In this document: piece after piece, positions 41,486 through 57,300 of the stretch
Position numbering within the stretch: the stretch's first letter is position 1
Layout: every line of letters begins with the position of its first letter
DNA from: Eledone cirrhosa
Lineage: Eukaryota
Assembly (NCBI GenBank): GCA_964016885.1
Contig: OZ024743.1
Location: forward strand, 271,498,001-271,562,000
Direction: 5' to 3'
DNA: 64,000 nucleotides
The notes under the pieces: model-generated
Database searches by the model: none
What the model was told of the DNA's origin: nothing
The model's input: the letters and a program-made list of their open reading frames with translations, nothing else
Made by a program: the position numbers and the translations under genes

Positions 41486-44400
41486 TCTGATATATAAAGG
41501 ACTGTATTAACCCATGGCTAGGTGTGAGAGTGGTAAGTATTAGTTCTGATATATAAAGGACTTTATTAACCAATGGCTGGGTGTGAGAGTGGGAAGTATT
41601 AGTTCTGATATATAAAGGACTGTATTAACCCATGGCTGAGTGTGAGAGTGGTAAGTATTAGTTCTGATATATAAAGGACTGTATTAACCCATGGCTGAGT
41701 GTGAGAGTGGTAAGTATTAGTTCTGATATATAAAGGACTGTATTAACCAATGGCTGGGTGTGAGAGTGGTAAGTATTAGTTCTGATATATAAAGGACTGT
41801 ATTAACCCATGGCTGAGTGTAGGAGTGGTAAGTATTAGTCTTGATATATAAAGGACTGTATTAACCCATGGCTGAGTGTGAGAGTGGTAAGTATTAGTTC
41901 TGATATATAAAGGACTGTATTAACCCATGGATGAGTGTGAGAGTGGTAAGTATTATTCTTGATATATAAAGGACTGTATTAACCCATGGCTGAGTGTGAG
42001 AGTGGTAAGTATTAGTTCTGATATATAAAGGACTGTATTAACCCATGGCTGAGTGTGAGAGTGGTAAGTATTAGTTCTGATATATAAAGGACTGTATTAG
42101 CCCATGGCTGGGTGTGAGAGTGGTAAGTATTAGTCTTGATATATAAAGGACTGTATTAACCCATGGCTGAGTGTGAGAGTGGTAAGTATTTGTCTTGATA
42201 TATAAAGGACTGTATTGACCAATGGCTGAGTGTGAGAGTGGTAAGTATCAGTCTTGATATATAAAGGACCGTATTAACCCATGGCTGAGTGTGCGAGTGG
42301 TAAGTATTAGTCTTGATATATAAAGGACTGTATTAACCCATGGCTGAGTGTGAGAGTGGTAAGTATTAGTTCTGATATATAAAGGACTGTATTAACCAAT
42401 GGCTGGGTGTGAGAGTGGTAAGTATTAGTTCTGATATATAAAGGACTGTATTAACCCATGGATGGTTGTGAGAGTGGTAAGTATTAGTCTTGATATATAA
42501 AGGACTGTATTAACCCATGGCTGGGTGTGAGAGCGGTAAGTATTAGTCTTGATATATAAAGGACTGTATTAACCCATGGCTGAGTGTGAGAGTGGTAAGT
42601 ATTAGTCTTGATATATAAAGGACTGTATTAACCCATGGCTGAGTGTGAAAGTGGTAATTATTAGTCTTGCTATATAAAGGACTGTATTAACCCATGGCTG
42701 AGTGTGAGAGTGGTATGTATTAGTTCTGATATATAAAGGACTCTATTAACCCATGGCAGAGTGTGAGAGTGGTAAGTATTAGTTCTGATATATAAAGGAC
42801 TGTATTAACCCATGGCTGGGTGTGAGAGTGGTAAGTATTAATTCTGATATATAAAGGACTGTATTAACCCATGGTTGGCTGTGAGAGTGGTAAGTATTAG
42901 TTCTGATATATAAAGGACTGTATTAACCCATGGCTGGGTGTGAGAGTGTTAACTATTAGTTCTGATATATAAAGGACTGTATTAACCCATGGCTGGGTGT
43001 GAGAGTGGTAAGTATTAGTTCTGATATATAAAGGACTGTATTAACCCATGGCTGAGTGTGAGAGTGGTAAGTATTAGTCTTGATATATAAAGGACTGTAT
43101 TAACCAATGGCTTGGGTGTGAGAGTGGCAAGTATTAGTTCTGATATATAAAGGACTGTATTAACCCATGGATGAGTGTGAGTGTGGTGAGTATTAATTCT
43201 GATATATAAAGGACTGTATTAACCCATGGCTGAGTGTGAGAGTGGTAAGTATTAGTTCTGATATATAAAGGACTGTATTAACCCATGGCTGAGTGTGTGA
43301 GTGGTAAGTATTAGTTCTGATATATAAAGGACTGTGTTAACCCATGGCTGAGTGTGAGAGTGGTAAGTATTAGTTCTGATATATAAAGGACTGTATTAAC
43401 CCATGGCTGAGTGTGAGAGTGGTAAGTAATAGTCTTGATATATAAAGGACTGTATTAACCAATGGTTGGGTGTGAGAGTGGTAAGTATTAGTCTTGATAT
43501 ATAAAGGACTGTATTAACCAATGGCTGGGTGTGAGAGTGGTAAGTATTAGTCTTGATATATAAAGGACTGTATTAGCCCATGGCTGGGTGTGAGAGTGGT
43601 AAGTATTAGTCTTGATATATAAAGGACTGTATTAACCCATGGCTGAGTGTGAGAGTGGTAAGTATTTGTCTTGATATATAAAGGACTGTATTGACCAATG
43701 GCTGAGTGTGAGAGTGGTAAGTATCAGTCTTGATATATAAAGGACCGTATTAACCCATGGCTGAGTGTGAGAGTGGTAAGTATTAGTCTTGATATATAAA
43801 GGACTGTATTAACCCATGGCTGAGTGTGAGAGTGGTAAGTATTAGTTCTGATATATAAAGGACTGTATTAACCAATGGCTGGGTGTGAGAGTGGTAAGTA
43901 TTAGTTCTGATATATAAAGGACTGTATTAACCCATGGATGGTTGTGAGAGTGGTAAGTATTAGTCTTGATATATAAAGGACTGTATTAACCCATGGCTGG
44001 GTGTGAGAGCGGTAAGTATTAGTCTTGATATATAAAGGACTGTATTAACCCATGGCTGAGTGTGAGAGTGGTAAGTATTAGTCTTGATATATAAAGGACT
44101 GTATTAACCCATGGCTGAGTGTGAAAGTGGTAATTATTAGTCTTGCTATATAAAGGACTGTATTAACCCATGGCTGAGTGTGAGAGTGGTATGTATTAGT
44201 TCTGATATATAAAGGACTCTATTAACCCATGGCAGAGTGTGAGAGTGGTAAGTATTAGTTCTGATATATAAAGGACTGTATTAACCCATGGCTGGGTGTG
44301 AGAGTGGTAAGTATTAATTCTGATATATAAAGGACTGTATTAACCCATGGTTGGCTGTGAGAGTGGTAAGTATTAGTTCTGATATATAAAGGACTGTATT

Positions 44401-47400
44401 AACCCATGGCTGGGTGTGAGAGTGTTAACTATTAGTTCTGATATATAAAGGACTGTATTAACCCATGGCTGGGTGTGAGAGTGGTAAGTATTAGTTCTGA
44501 TATATAAAGGACTGTATTAACCCATGGCTGAGTGTGAGAGTGGTAAGTATTAGTCTTGATATATAAAGGACTGTATTAACCAATGGCTTGGGTGTGAGAG
44601 TGGCAAGTATTAGTTCTGATATATAAAGGACTGTATTAACCCATGGATGAGTGTGAGTGTGGTAAGTATTAATTCTGATATATAAAGGACTGTATTAACC
44701 CATGGCTGAGTGTGAGAGTGGTAAGTATTAGTTCTGATATATAAAGGACTGTATTAACCCATGGATGAGTGTGAGAGTGGTAAGTATTAGTTCTGATACA
44801 TAAAGGACTGTATTAACCCATGGCTGAGTGTGAGAGTGGTAAGTATTAGTCTTGATATATAAAGGACTGTATTAACCCATGGCTGAGTGTGAGAGTGGTA
44901 AGTATTATTCTTGATATATAAAGGACTGTATTAACCCATGGCTGAGTGTGAGAGTGGTAAGTATTAGTCTTGATATATAAAGGACTGTATTAACCAATGG
45001 CTGGGTGTGAGAGTGGTAAGTATTAGTTCTGATATATAAAGGACAGTATTAACCCATGGCTGGGTGTGAGAGTGGTAAGTATTAGTTCTGATATATAAAG
45101 GACTGTATTAACCCATGGCTGGGTCTGAGAGTGGTAAGTATTAGTCTTGATATATAAAGGACTGTATTAACCCATGGCTGAGTGTAAGAGTGGTAAGTAT
45201 TAGTCTTGATATATAAAGGACTGTATTAACCCATGGCTGAGTGTGAGAGTGGTAAGCATTAGTCTTGATATATAAAGGACTGTATTAACCCATGGCTGAG
45301 TGTTAAAGTGGTAAGTATTAGTCTTGATATATAAAGGACTGTATTAACCCATGGCTGAGTGTGAGAGTGGTAAGTATTAGTTCTGATATATAAAGGACTG
45401 TATTAACCCATGGCAGAGTGTGAGAGTGGTAAGTATTAGTTCTGATATATAAAGGACTGTATTAACCCATGGCTGGGTGTGAGAGTGGTAAGTATTAATT
45501 CTGATATATAAAGGACTGTATTAACCCATGGTTGGCTGTGAGAGTGGTAAGTATTAGTTCTGATATATAAAGGACTGTATTAACCCATGGCTGGGTGTGA
45601 GAGTGTTAACTATTAGTTCTGATATATAAAGGACTGTATTAACCCATGGCTGGGTGTGAGAGTGGTAAGTATTAGTTCTGATATATAAAGGACTGTATTA
45701 ACCCATGGCTGAGTGTGAGAGTGGTAAGTATTAGTCTTGATATATAAAGGACTGTATTAACCAATGGCTTGGGTGTGAGAGTGGCAAGTATTAGTTCTGA
45801 TATATAAAGGACTGTATTAACCCATGGATGAGTGTGAGTGTGGTAAGTATTAATTCTGATATATAAAGGACTGTATTAACCCATGGCTGAGTGTGAGAGT
45901 GGTAAGTATTAGTTCTGATATATAAAGGACTGTATTAACCCATGGCTGAGTGTGAGAGTGGTAAGTATTAGTCTTGATATATAAAGGACTGTATTAACCC
46001 ATGGCTGGGTGTGAGAGCGGTAAGTATTAGTCTTGATATATAAAGGACTGTATTAACCCATGGCTGAGTGTGAGAGTGGTAAGTATTAGTCTTGATATAT
46101 AAAGGACTGTATTAACCCATGGCTGAGTGTGAAAGTGGTAATTATTAGTCTTGCTATATAAAGGACTGTATTAACCCATGGCTGAGTGTGAGAGTGGTAT
46201 GTATTAGTTCTGATATATAAAGGACTCTATTAACCCATGGCAGAGTGTGAGAGTGGTAAGTATTAGTTCTGATATATAAAGGACTGTATTAACCCATGGC
46301 TGGGTGTGAGAGTGGTAAGTATTAATTCTGATATATAAAGGACTGTATTAACCCATGGTTGGCTGTGAGAGTGGTAAGTATTAGTTCTGATATATAAAGG
46401 ACTGTATTAACCCATGGCTGGGTGTGAGAGTGTTAACTATTAGTTCTGATATATAAAGGACTGTATTAACCCATGGCTGGGTGTGAGAGTGGTAAGTATT
46501 AGTTCTGATATATAAAGGACTGTATTAACCCATGGCTGAGTGTGAGAGTGGTAAGTATTAGTCTTGATATATAAAGGACTGTATTAACCAATGGCTTGGG
46601 TGTGAGAGTGGCAAGTATTAGTTCTGATATATAAAGGACTGTATTAACCCATGGATGAGTGTGAGTGTGGTAAGTATTAATTCTGATATATAAAGGACTG
46701 TATTAACCCATGGCTGAGTGTGAGAGTGGTAAGTATTAGTTCTGATATATAAAGGACTGTATTAACCCATGGCTGGGTGTGAGAGTGGTAAGTATTCGTT
46801 CTGATATATAAAGGACTGTATTAACCCATGGCTGAGTGTGAGAGTGGTAAGTGTTAGTCTTGATATATAAAGGACTGTATTAACCCATGGCTGGGTGTGA
46901 GAGCGGTAAGTATTAGTCTTGATATATAAAGGACTGTATTAACCCATGGCTGAGTGTGAGAGTGGTAAGTATTAGTCTTGATATATAAAGGACTGTATTA
47001 ACCCATGGCTGAGTGTGAAAGTGGTAATTATTAGTCTTGCTATATAAAGGACTGTATTAACCCATGGCTGAGTGTGAGAGTGGTATGTATTAGTTCTGAT
47101 ATATAAAGGACTCTATTAACCCATGGCAGAGTGTGAGAGTGGTAAGTATTAGTTCTGATATATAAAGGACTGTATTAACCCATGGCTGGGTGTGAGAGTG
47201 GTAAGTATTAATTCTGATATATAAAGGACTGTATTAACCCATGGTTGGCTGTGAGAGTGGTAAGTATTAGTTCTGATATATAAAGGACTGTATTAACCCA
47301 TGGCTGGGTGTGAGAGTGTTAACTATTAGTTCTGATATATAAAGGACTGTATTAACCCATGGCTGGGTGTGAGAGTGGTAAGTATTAGTTCTGATATATA

Positions 47401-48312
47401 AAGGACTGTATTAACCCATGGCTGAGTGTGAGAGTGGTAAGTATTAGTCTTGATATATAAAGGACTGTATTAACCAATGGCTTGGGTGTGAGAGTGGCAA
47501 GTATTAGTTCTGATATATAAAGGACTGTACTAACCCATGGATGAGTGTGAGTGTGGTAAGTATTAATTCTGATATATAAAGGACTGTATTAACCCATGGC
47601 TGAGTGTGAGAGTGGTAAGTATTAGTTCTGATATATAAAGGACTGTATTAACCCATGGCTGAGTGTGTGAGTGGTAAGTATTAGTTCTGATATATAAAGG
47701 ACTGTGTTAACCCATGGCTTGAGTGTGAGAGTGGTAAGTATTAGTTCTGATATATAAAGGACTGTATTAACCCATGGCTGAGTGTGAGAGTGGTAAGTAA
47801 TAGTCTTGATATATAAAGGACTGTATTAACCAATGGCTGGGTGTGAGAGTGGTAAGTATTAGTCTTGATATATAAAGGACTGTATTAACCAATGGCTGGG
47901 TGTGAGAGTGGTAAGTATTAGTCTTGATATATAAAGGACTGTATTAACCCAAGGCTGAGTGTGAGAGTGGTAAGTATTAGTTCTGATATATAAAGGACTG
48001 TATTAACCCATGGATGAGTGTGAGAGTGGTAAGTATTAGTTCTGATACATAAAGGACTGTATTAACCCATGGCTGAGTGTGAGAGTGGTAAGTATTAGTC
48101 TTGATATATAAAGGACTGTATTAACCCATGGCTGAGTGTGAGAGTGGTAAGTATTATTCTTGATATATAAAGGACTGTATTAACCCATGGCTGAGTGTGA
48201 GAGTGGTAAGTATTAGTCTTGATATATAAAGGACTGTATTAACCAATGGCTGGGTGTGAGAGTGGTAAGTATTAGTTCTGATATATAAAGGACTGTATTA
48301 ACCCATGGCTGG
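34276..48312 (+). repeat. ~14 kb tandem duplication, unit 1
   Basis: atcagtcttaat at 34411 recurs at 48448 (offset 14,037). The variant order is then colinear through the unit. Confidence 0.9.
42480..47640 (+). repeat. Variable-period higher-order repeat cassette (25-, 20-, 14- and 15-monomer spacings)
   Basis: The marker ggcttgggtgtgagagtggcaag has ggcaa at 43126, 44602, 45783, 46610 and 47496. Spacings are 1476, 1181, 827 and 886, each nx59+1. Confidence 0.87.
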
Positions 48313-51300
48313 GTGTGAGAGTGGTAAGTATTAGTTCTGATATATAAAGGACTGTATTAACCCATGGCTGGGTGTGAGAGTGGTAAGTATTAGTCTTGAT
48401 ATATAAAGGACTGTATTGACCAATGGCTGAGTGTGAGAGTGGTAAGTATCAGTCTTAATATATAAAGGACCGTATTAACCCATGGCTGAGTGTGAGAGTG
48501 GTAAGTATTAGTCTTGATATATAAAGGACTGTATTAACCCATGGCTGAGTGTGCGAGTGGTAAGTATTAGTTCTGATATATAAAGGACTGTATTAACCAA
48601 TGGCTGGGTGTGAGAGTGGTAAGTATTAGTTCTGATATATAAAGGACTGTATTAACCCATGGCTGGGTGTGAGAGTGGTAAGTATTAGTCTTGATATATA
48701 AAGGACTGTATTAACCCATGGCTGAGTGTGAGAGTGGTAAGTATTAGTCTTGATATATAAAGGACTGTATTAACCCATGGCTGAGTGTGAGAGTGGTAAG
48801 TATTAGTTCTGATATATAAAGGACTGTATTAACCCATGGCTGGGTGTGAGAGTGGTAAGTATTAGTCTTGATATATAAAGGACTGTATTAACCCATGGTT
48901 GAGTGTGAGAGTGGTATGTATTAGTTCTGATATATGAAGGACTGTATTAACCCACGGCTGAGTGTGAGAGTGGTAAGTATTAGTTCTGATATATAAAGGA
49001 CTGTATTGACCCATGGCTGAGTGTGAGAGTGGTAAGTATTAGTTCTGATATATAAAGGACTGTATTAACCCATGGCTGAGTGTGAGAGTGGTAAGTATTA
49101 GTTCTGATATATAAAGGACTGTATTAACCCATGGCTGAGTGTGAGTGTGGTAAGTATTAGTTCTGATATATAAAGGACTGTATTAACCCACGAGTGTGAG
49201 AGTGGTAAGTATTAGTTCTGATATATAAAGGACTGTATTAACTCATGGCTGAGTGTGAGAGTGGTAAGTATTAGTTCTGATATATAAAGGACTGTATTAA
49301 CTCATGGCTGAGTGTGAGAGTGGTAAGTATTGGTTCTGATATATAAAGGACTGTATTAACCCATGGCTGAGTGTGAGAGTGGTAAGTATTAGTTCTGATA
49401 TATAAAGGACTGTATTAACCCATGGCTGGGTGTGAGAGTGGTAAGTATTAGTCTTGATATATAAAGGACTGTATTAACCCATGGCTGAGTGTGAGAGTGG
49501 TAAGTATTAGTCTTGATATATAAAGGAGTGTATTAACCAATGGCTGAGTGTGAGAGTGGTAAGTATTAGTCTTGATGTATAAAGGACTGTATTAACACAT
49601 GGCTGAGTGTGAGAGTGGTAAGTATTAGTCTTGATATATAAAGGACTGTATTAACCCATGGCTGGGTGTGAGAGTGGTAAGTATTAGTCTTGATATATAA
49701 AGCACTGTATTAACCCATGGCTGGGTGTGAGAGCGGTAAGTATTAGTCTTGATATATAAAGGACTGTATTAACCCATGGCTGAGTGTGAGAGTGGTAAGT
49801 ATTAGTCTTGATATATAAAGGACTGTATTAACCCATGGCTGAGTGTGAAAGTGGTAATTATTAGTTTTGATATATAAAGGACTGTATTAACCCATGGCTG
49901 AGTGTGAGAGTGGTAAGTATTAGTTCTGATATATAAAGGACTGTATTAACCCATGGCAGAGTGTGAGAGTGGTAAGTATTAGTTCTGATATATAAAGGAC
50001 TGTATTAACCCATGGCTAGGTGTGAGAGTGGTAAGTATTAGTTCTGATATATAAAGGACTTTATTAACCAATGGCTGGGTGTGAGAGTGGGAAGTATTAG
50101 TTCTGATATATAAAGGACTGTATTAACCCATGGCTGAGTGTGAGAGTGGTAAGTATTAGTTCTGATATATAAAGGACTGTATTAACCCATGGCTGAGTGT
50201 GAGAGTGGTAAGTATTAGTTCTGATATATAAAGGACTGTATTAACCCACGAGTGTGAGAGTGGTAAGTATTAGTTCTGATATATAAAGGACTGTATTAAC
50301 TCATGGCTGAGTGTGAGAGTGGTAAGTATTAGTTCTGATATATAAAGGACTGTATTAACCCATGGCTGAGTGTGAGAGTGGTAAGTATTGGTTCTGATAT
50401 ATAAAGGACTGTATTAACCCATGGCTGAGTGTGAGAGTGGTAAGTATTAGTTCTGATATATAAAGGACTGTATTAACCCATGGCTGGGTGTGAGAGTGGT
50501 AAGTATTAGTCTTGATATATAAAGGACTGTATTAACCCATGGCTGAGTGTGAGAGTGGTAAGTATTAGTCTTGATATATAAAGGAGTGTATTAACCAATG
50601 GCTGAGTGTGAGAGTGGTAAGTATTAGTCTTGATGTATAAAGGACTGTATTAACACATGGCTGAGTGTGAGAGTGGTAAGTATTAGTCTTGATATATAAA
50701 GGACTGTATTAACCCATGGCTGAGTGTGAGAGTGGTAAGTATTAGTTCTGATATATAAAGGACTGTATTAACCCATGGCTGGGTGTGAGAGTGGTAAGTA
50801 TTAGTCTTGATATATAAAGCACTGTATTAACCCATGGCTGGGTGTGAGAGCGGTAAGTATTAGTCTTGATATATAAAGGACTGTATTAACCCATGGCTGA
50901 CTGTGAGAGTGGTAAGTATTAGTCTTGATATATAAAGGACTGTATTAACCCATGGCTGAGTGTGAAAGTGGTAATTATTAGTTTTGATATATAAAGGACT
51001 GTATTAACCCATGGCTGAGTGTGAGAGTGGTAAGTATTAGTTCTGATATATAAAGGACTGTATTAACCCATGGCAGAGTGTGAGAGTGGTAAGTATTAGT
51101 TCTGATATATAAAGGACTGTATTAACCCATGGCTAGGTGTGAGAGTGGTAAGTATTAGTTCTGATATATAAAGGACTTTATTAACCAATGGCTGGGTGTG
51201 AGAGTGGGAAGTATTAGTTCTGATATATAAAGGACTGTATTAACCCATGGCTGAGTGTGAGAGTGGTAAGTATTAGTTCTGATATATAAAGGACGGTATT

Positions 51301-54300
51301 AACCCATGGCTGAGTGTGAGAGTGGTAAGTATTAGTTCTGATAAATAAAGGACTGTATTAACCCATGGCTGAGTGTAGGAGTGGTAAGTATTAGTCTTGA
51401 TATATAAAGGACTGTATTAACCCATGGCTGAGTGTGAGAGTGGTAAGTATTAGTTCTGATATATAAAGGACTGTATTAACCCATGGATGAGTGTGAGATT
51501 GGTAAGTATTATTCTTGATATATAAAGGACTGTTTTATCCCATGGCTGAGTGTGAGAGTGGTAAGTATTAGTTCTGATATATAAAGGAGTGTATTAACCC
51601 ATGGCTGAGTGTGAGAGTGGTAAGTATTAGTTCTGATATATAAAGGACTGTATTAACCCATGGCTGGGTGTGAGAGTGGTAAGTATTAGTCTTGATATAT
51701 AAAGGACTGTATTGACCAATGGCTGAGTGTGAGAGTGGTAAGTATCAGTCTTGATATATAAAGGACCGTATTAACCCATGGCTGAGTGTGAGAGTGGTAA
51801 GTATTAGTCTTGATATATAAAGGACTGTATTAACCCATGGCTGAGTGTGCGAGTGGTAAGTATTAGTTCTGATATATAAAGGACTGTATTAACCAATGGC
51901 TGGGTGTGAGAGTGGTAAGTATTAGTTCTGATATATAAAGGACTGTATTAACCCATGGATGGGTGTGAGAGTGGTAAGTATTAGTCTTGATATATAAAGG
52001 ACTGTATTAACCCATGGCTGGGTGTGAGAGCGGTAAGTATTAGTCTTGATATATAAAGGACTGTATTAACCCATGGCTGAGTGTGAGAGTGGTAAGTATT
52101 AGTCTTGATATATAAAGGACTGTATTAACCCATGGCTGAGTGTGAAAGGGGTAATTATTAGTCTTGCTATATAAAGGACTGTATTAACCCATGGCTGAGT
52201 GTGAGAGTGGTATGTATTAGTTCTGATATATAAAGGACTCTATTAACCCATGGCTGAGTGTGAGAGTGGTAAGTATTAGTTCTGATATATAAAGGACTGT
52301 ATTAACCCATGGCTGGGTGTGAGAGTGGTAAGTATTAGTTCTGATATATAAAGGACTGTATTAACCCATGGTTGGGTGTGAGAGTGGTAAGTATTAGTTC
52401 TGATATATAAAGGACTGTATTAACCCATGGCTGGGTGTGAGAGTGTTAACTATTAGTTCTGATATATAAAGGACTGTATTAACCCATGGCTGGGTGTGAG
52501 AGTGGTAAGTATTAGTTCTGATATATAAAGGACCGTATTAATCCATGGCTGGGTGTGAGAGTGGTAAGTATTAGTCTTGATATATAAAGGATTGTATTAA
52601 CCCATGGCTGAGTGTGAGAGTGGTAAGTATTAGTTCTGATATATAAAGGACTGTATTAACCCATGGCTGAGTGTGAGAGTGGTAAGTATTATTCTTGATA
52701 TATAAAGGACTATATTGACCAATGGCTGAGTGTGAGAGTGGTAAGTATTAGTTCTGATATATAAAGGACTGTATTAACCCATGGCTGACTGTGAGAGTGG
52801 TAAGTATTATTTCTTTTATATAAAGGACTGTATTAACCCATGGTTGGGTGTGAGAGTGGTAAGTATTAGTCTTGATATATAAAGGACTGTATTAACCCAT
52901 GGCTGAGTGTGAGAGTGGTAAGTATTTGTCTTGATATATAAAGGACTGTATTGACCAATGGCTGAGTGTGAGAGTGGTAAGTATTAGTCTTGATATATAA
53001 AGGACCGTATTAACCCATGGCTGAGTGTGAGAGTGGTAAGTATTAGTCTTGATATATAAAGGACTGTATTAACCCATGGCTGAGTGTGAGAGTGGTAAGT
53101 ATTAGTTCTGATATATAAAGGACTGTATTAACCAATGGCTGGGTGTGAGAGTGGTAAGTATTAGTTCTGATATATAAAGGACTGTATTAACCCATGGATG
53201 GGTGTGAGAGTGGTAAGTATTAGTCTTGATATATAAAGGACTGTATTAACCTATGGCTGGGTGTGAGAGCGGTAAGTATTAGTCTTGATATATAAAGGAC
53301 TGTATTAACCCATGGCTGAGTGTGAGAGTGGTAAGCATTAGTCTTGATATATAAAGGACTGTATTAACCCATGGCTGAGTGTGAAAGTGGTAATTATAAG
53401 TCTTGCTATATAAAAGACTGTATTAACCCATGGCTGAGTGTGAGAGTGGTATGTATTAGTTCTGATATATAAAGGACTCTATTAACCCATGGCAGAGTGT
53501 GAGAGTGGTAAGTTTTAGTTCTGATATATAAAGGACTGTATTAACCCATGGCTGGGTGTGAGAGTGGTAAGTATTAGTTCTGATATATAAAGGACTGTAT
53601 TAACCCATGGTTGGGTGTGAGAGTGGTAAGTATTAGTTCTGATATATAAAGGACTGTATTAACCCATGGCTGGGTGTGAGAGTGTTAACTATTAGTTCTG
53701 ATATATAAAGGACTGTATTAACCCATGGCTGGGTGTGAGAGTGGTAAGTATTAGTTCTGATATATAAAGGACTGTATTAACCCATGGCTGGGTGTGAGAG
53801 TGGTAAGTATTAGCCTTGATATATAAAGGACTGTATTAACCCATGGCTGAGTGTGAGAGTGGTAAGTATTAGTCTTGATATATAAAGGACTGTATTAACC
53901 CATGGCTGAGTGTGAGAGTGGTAAGTATTTGTTCTGATATATAAAGTACTGTATTAACCCATGGCTGAGTGTGAGAGTGGTAAGTATTAGTCTTGATATA
54001 TAAAGGACTGTATTAACCAATGGCTTGGGTGTGAGAGTGGTAAGTATTAGTTCTGATATATAAAGGACTGTATTAACCCATGGCTGAGTGTGAGTGTGAT
54101 AAGTATTAGTCTTGATATATAAAGGACTGTATTAACCCATGGTTGAGTGTGAGAGTGGTAAGTATTAGTTCTGATATATAAAGGACTGTATTAACCCACG
54201 GCTGAGTGTGAGAGTGGTAAGTATTAGTTCTGATATGTAAAGGACTGTATTAACCCATGGCTGAGTGTGAGAGTGGTAAGTATTAGTTCTGATATATAAA

Positions 54301-57300
54301 GGACTGTATTCACCCATGGCTGAGTGTGAGAGTGGTAAGTATTAGTTCTGATATATAAAGGACTGTATTAACCCACGAGTGTGAGAGTGGTAAGTATTAG
54401 TTCTGATATATAAAGGACTGTATTAACTCATGGCTGAGTGTGAGAGTGGTAAGTATTAGTTCTGATATATAAAGGACTGTATTAACCCATGGCTGAGTGT
54501 GAGAGTGGTAAGTATTGGTTCTGATATATAAAGGACTGTATTAACCCATGGCTGAGTGTGAGAGTGGTAAGTATTAGTTCTGATATATAAAGGACTGTAT
54601 TAACCCAGGGCTGGGTGTGAGAGTGGTAAGTATTAGTCTTGATATATAAAGGACTGTATTAACCCATGGCTGAGTGTGAGAGTGGTAAGTATTAATCTTG
54701 ATATATAAAGGAGTGTATTAACCAATGGCTGAGTGTGAGAGTGGTAAGTATTAGTCTTGATATATAAAGGACTGTATTAACACATGGCTGAGTGTGAGAG
54801 TGGTAAGTATTAGTCTTGATATATAAAGGACTGTATTAACCCATGGCTGAGTGTGAGAGTGGTAAGTATTAGTTCTGATATATAAAGGACTGTATTAACC
54901 CATGTCTGTATGTGAGAGTGGTAAGTATTAGTCTTGATATATAAAGCACTGTATTAACCCATGGCTGGGTGTGAGAGCGGTAAGTATTAGTCTTGATATA
55001 TAAAGGACTGTATTAACCCATGGCTGAGTGTGAGAGTGGTAAGTATTAGTCTTGATATATAAAGGACTGTATTAACCCATGGCTGAGTGTGAAAGTGGTA
55101 ACTATTAGTCTTGATATATAAAGGACTGTATTAACCCATGGCTGAGTGTGAGAGTGGTAAGTATTAGTTCTGATATATAAAGGACTGTATTAACCCATGG
55201 CTAGGTGTGAGAGTGGTAAGTATCAGTTCTGATATATAAAGGACTTTATTAACCAATGGCTGGGTGTGAGAGTGGGAAGTATTAGTTCTGATATATAAAG
55301 GACTGTATTAACCCATGGCTGAGTGTGAGAGTGGTAAGTATTAGTTCTGATATATAAAGGACTGTATTAACCCATGGCAGAGTGTGAGAGTGGTAAGTAT
55401 TAGTTCTGATATATAAAGGACTGTATTAACCCATGGCTAGGTGTGAGAGTGGTAAGTATTAGTTCTGATATATAAAGGACTTTATTAACCAATGGCTGGG
55501 TGTGAGAGTGGGAAGTATTAGTTCTGATATATAAAGGACTGTATTAACCCATGGCTGAGTGTGAGAGTGGTAAGTATTAGTTCTGATATATAAAGGACTG
55601 TATTAACCCATGGCTGAGTGTGAGAGTGGTAAGTATTAGTTCTGATATATAAAGGACTGTATTAACCAATGGCTGGGTGTGAGAGTGGTAAGTATTAGTT
55701 CTGATATATAAAGGACTGTATTAACCCATGGCTGAGTGTAGGAGTGGTAAGTATTAGTCTTGATATATAAAGGACTGTATTAACCCATGGCTGAGTGTGA
55801 GAGTGGTAAGTATTAGTTCTGATATATAAAGGACTGTATTAACCGATGGATGAGTGTGAGAGTGGTAAGTATTATTCTTGATATATAAAGGACTGTATTA
55901 ACCCATGGCTGAGTGTGAGAGTGGTAAGTATTAGTTCTGATATATAAAGGACTGTATTAACCCATGGCTGAGTGTGAGAGTGGTAAGTATTAGTTCTGAT
56001 ATATAAAGGACTGTATTAGCCCATGGCTGGGTGTGAGAGTGGTAAGTATTAGTCTTGATATATAAAGGACTGTATTAACCCATGGCTGAGTGTGAGAGTG
56101 GTAAGTATTTGTCTTGATATATAAAGGACTGTATTGACCAATGGCTGAGTGTGAGAGTGGTAAGTATCAGTCTTGATATATAAAGGACCGTATTAACCCA
56201 TGGCTGAGTGTGCGAGTGGTAAGTATTAGTCTTGATATATAAAGGACTGTATTAACCCATGGCTGAGTGTGAGAGTGGTAAGTATTAGTTCTGATATATA
56301 AAGGACTGTATTAACCAATGGCTGGGTGTGAGAGTGGTAAGTATTAGTTCTGATATATAAAGGACTGTATTAACCCATGGATGGTTGTGAGAGTGGTAAG
56401 TATTAGTCTTGATATATAAAGGACTGTATTAACCCATGGCTGGGTGTGAGAGCGGTAAGTATTAGTCTTGATATATAAAGGACTGTATTAACCCATGGCT
56501 GAGTGTGAGAGTGGTAAGTATTAGTCTTGATATATAAAGGACTGTATTAACCCATGGCTGAGTGTGAAAGTGGTAATTATTAGTCTTGCTATATAAAGGA
56601 CTGTATTAACCCATGGCTGAGTGTGAGAGTGGTATGTATTAGTTCTGATATATAAAGGACTCTATTAACCCATGGCAGAGTGTGAGAGTGGTAAGTATTA
56701 GTTCTGATATATAAAGGACTGTATTAACCCATGGCTGGGTGTGAGAGTGGTAAGTATTAATTCTGATATATAAAGGACTGTATTAACCCATGGTTGGCTG
56801 TGAGAGTGGTAAGTATTAGTTCTGATATATAAAGGACTGTATTAACCCATGGCTGGGTGTGAGAGTGTTAACTATTAGTTCTGATATATAAAGGACTGTA
56901 TTAACCCATGGCTGGGTGTGAGAGTGGTAAGTATTAGTTCTGATATATAAAGGACTGTATTAACCCATGGCTGAGTGTGAGAGTGGTAAGTATTAGTCTT
57001 GATATATAAAGGACTGTATTAACCAATGGCTTGGGTGTGAGAGTGGCAAGTATTAGTTCTGATATATAAAGGACTGTATTAACCCATGGATGAGTGTGAG
57101 TGTGGTAAGTATTAATTCTGATATATAAAGGACTGTATTAACCCATGGCTGAGTGTGAGAGTGGTAAGTATTAGTTCTGATATATAAAGGACTGTATTAA
57201 CCCATGGCTGAGTGTGTGAGTGGTAAGTATTAGTTCTGATATATAAAGGACTGTGTTAACCCATGGCTGAGTGTGAGAGTGGTAAGTATTAGTTCTGATA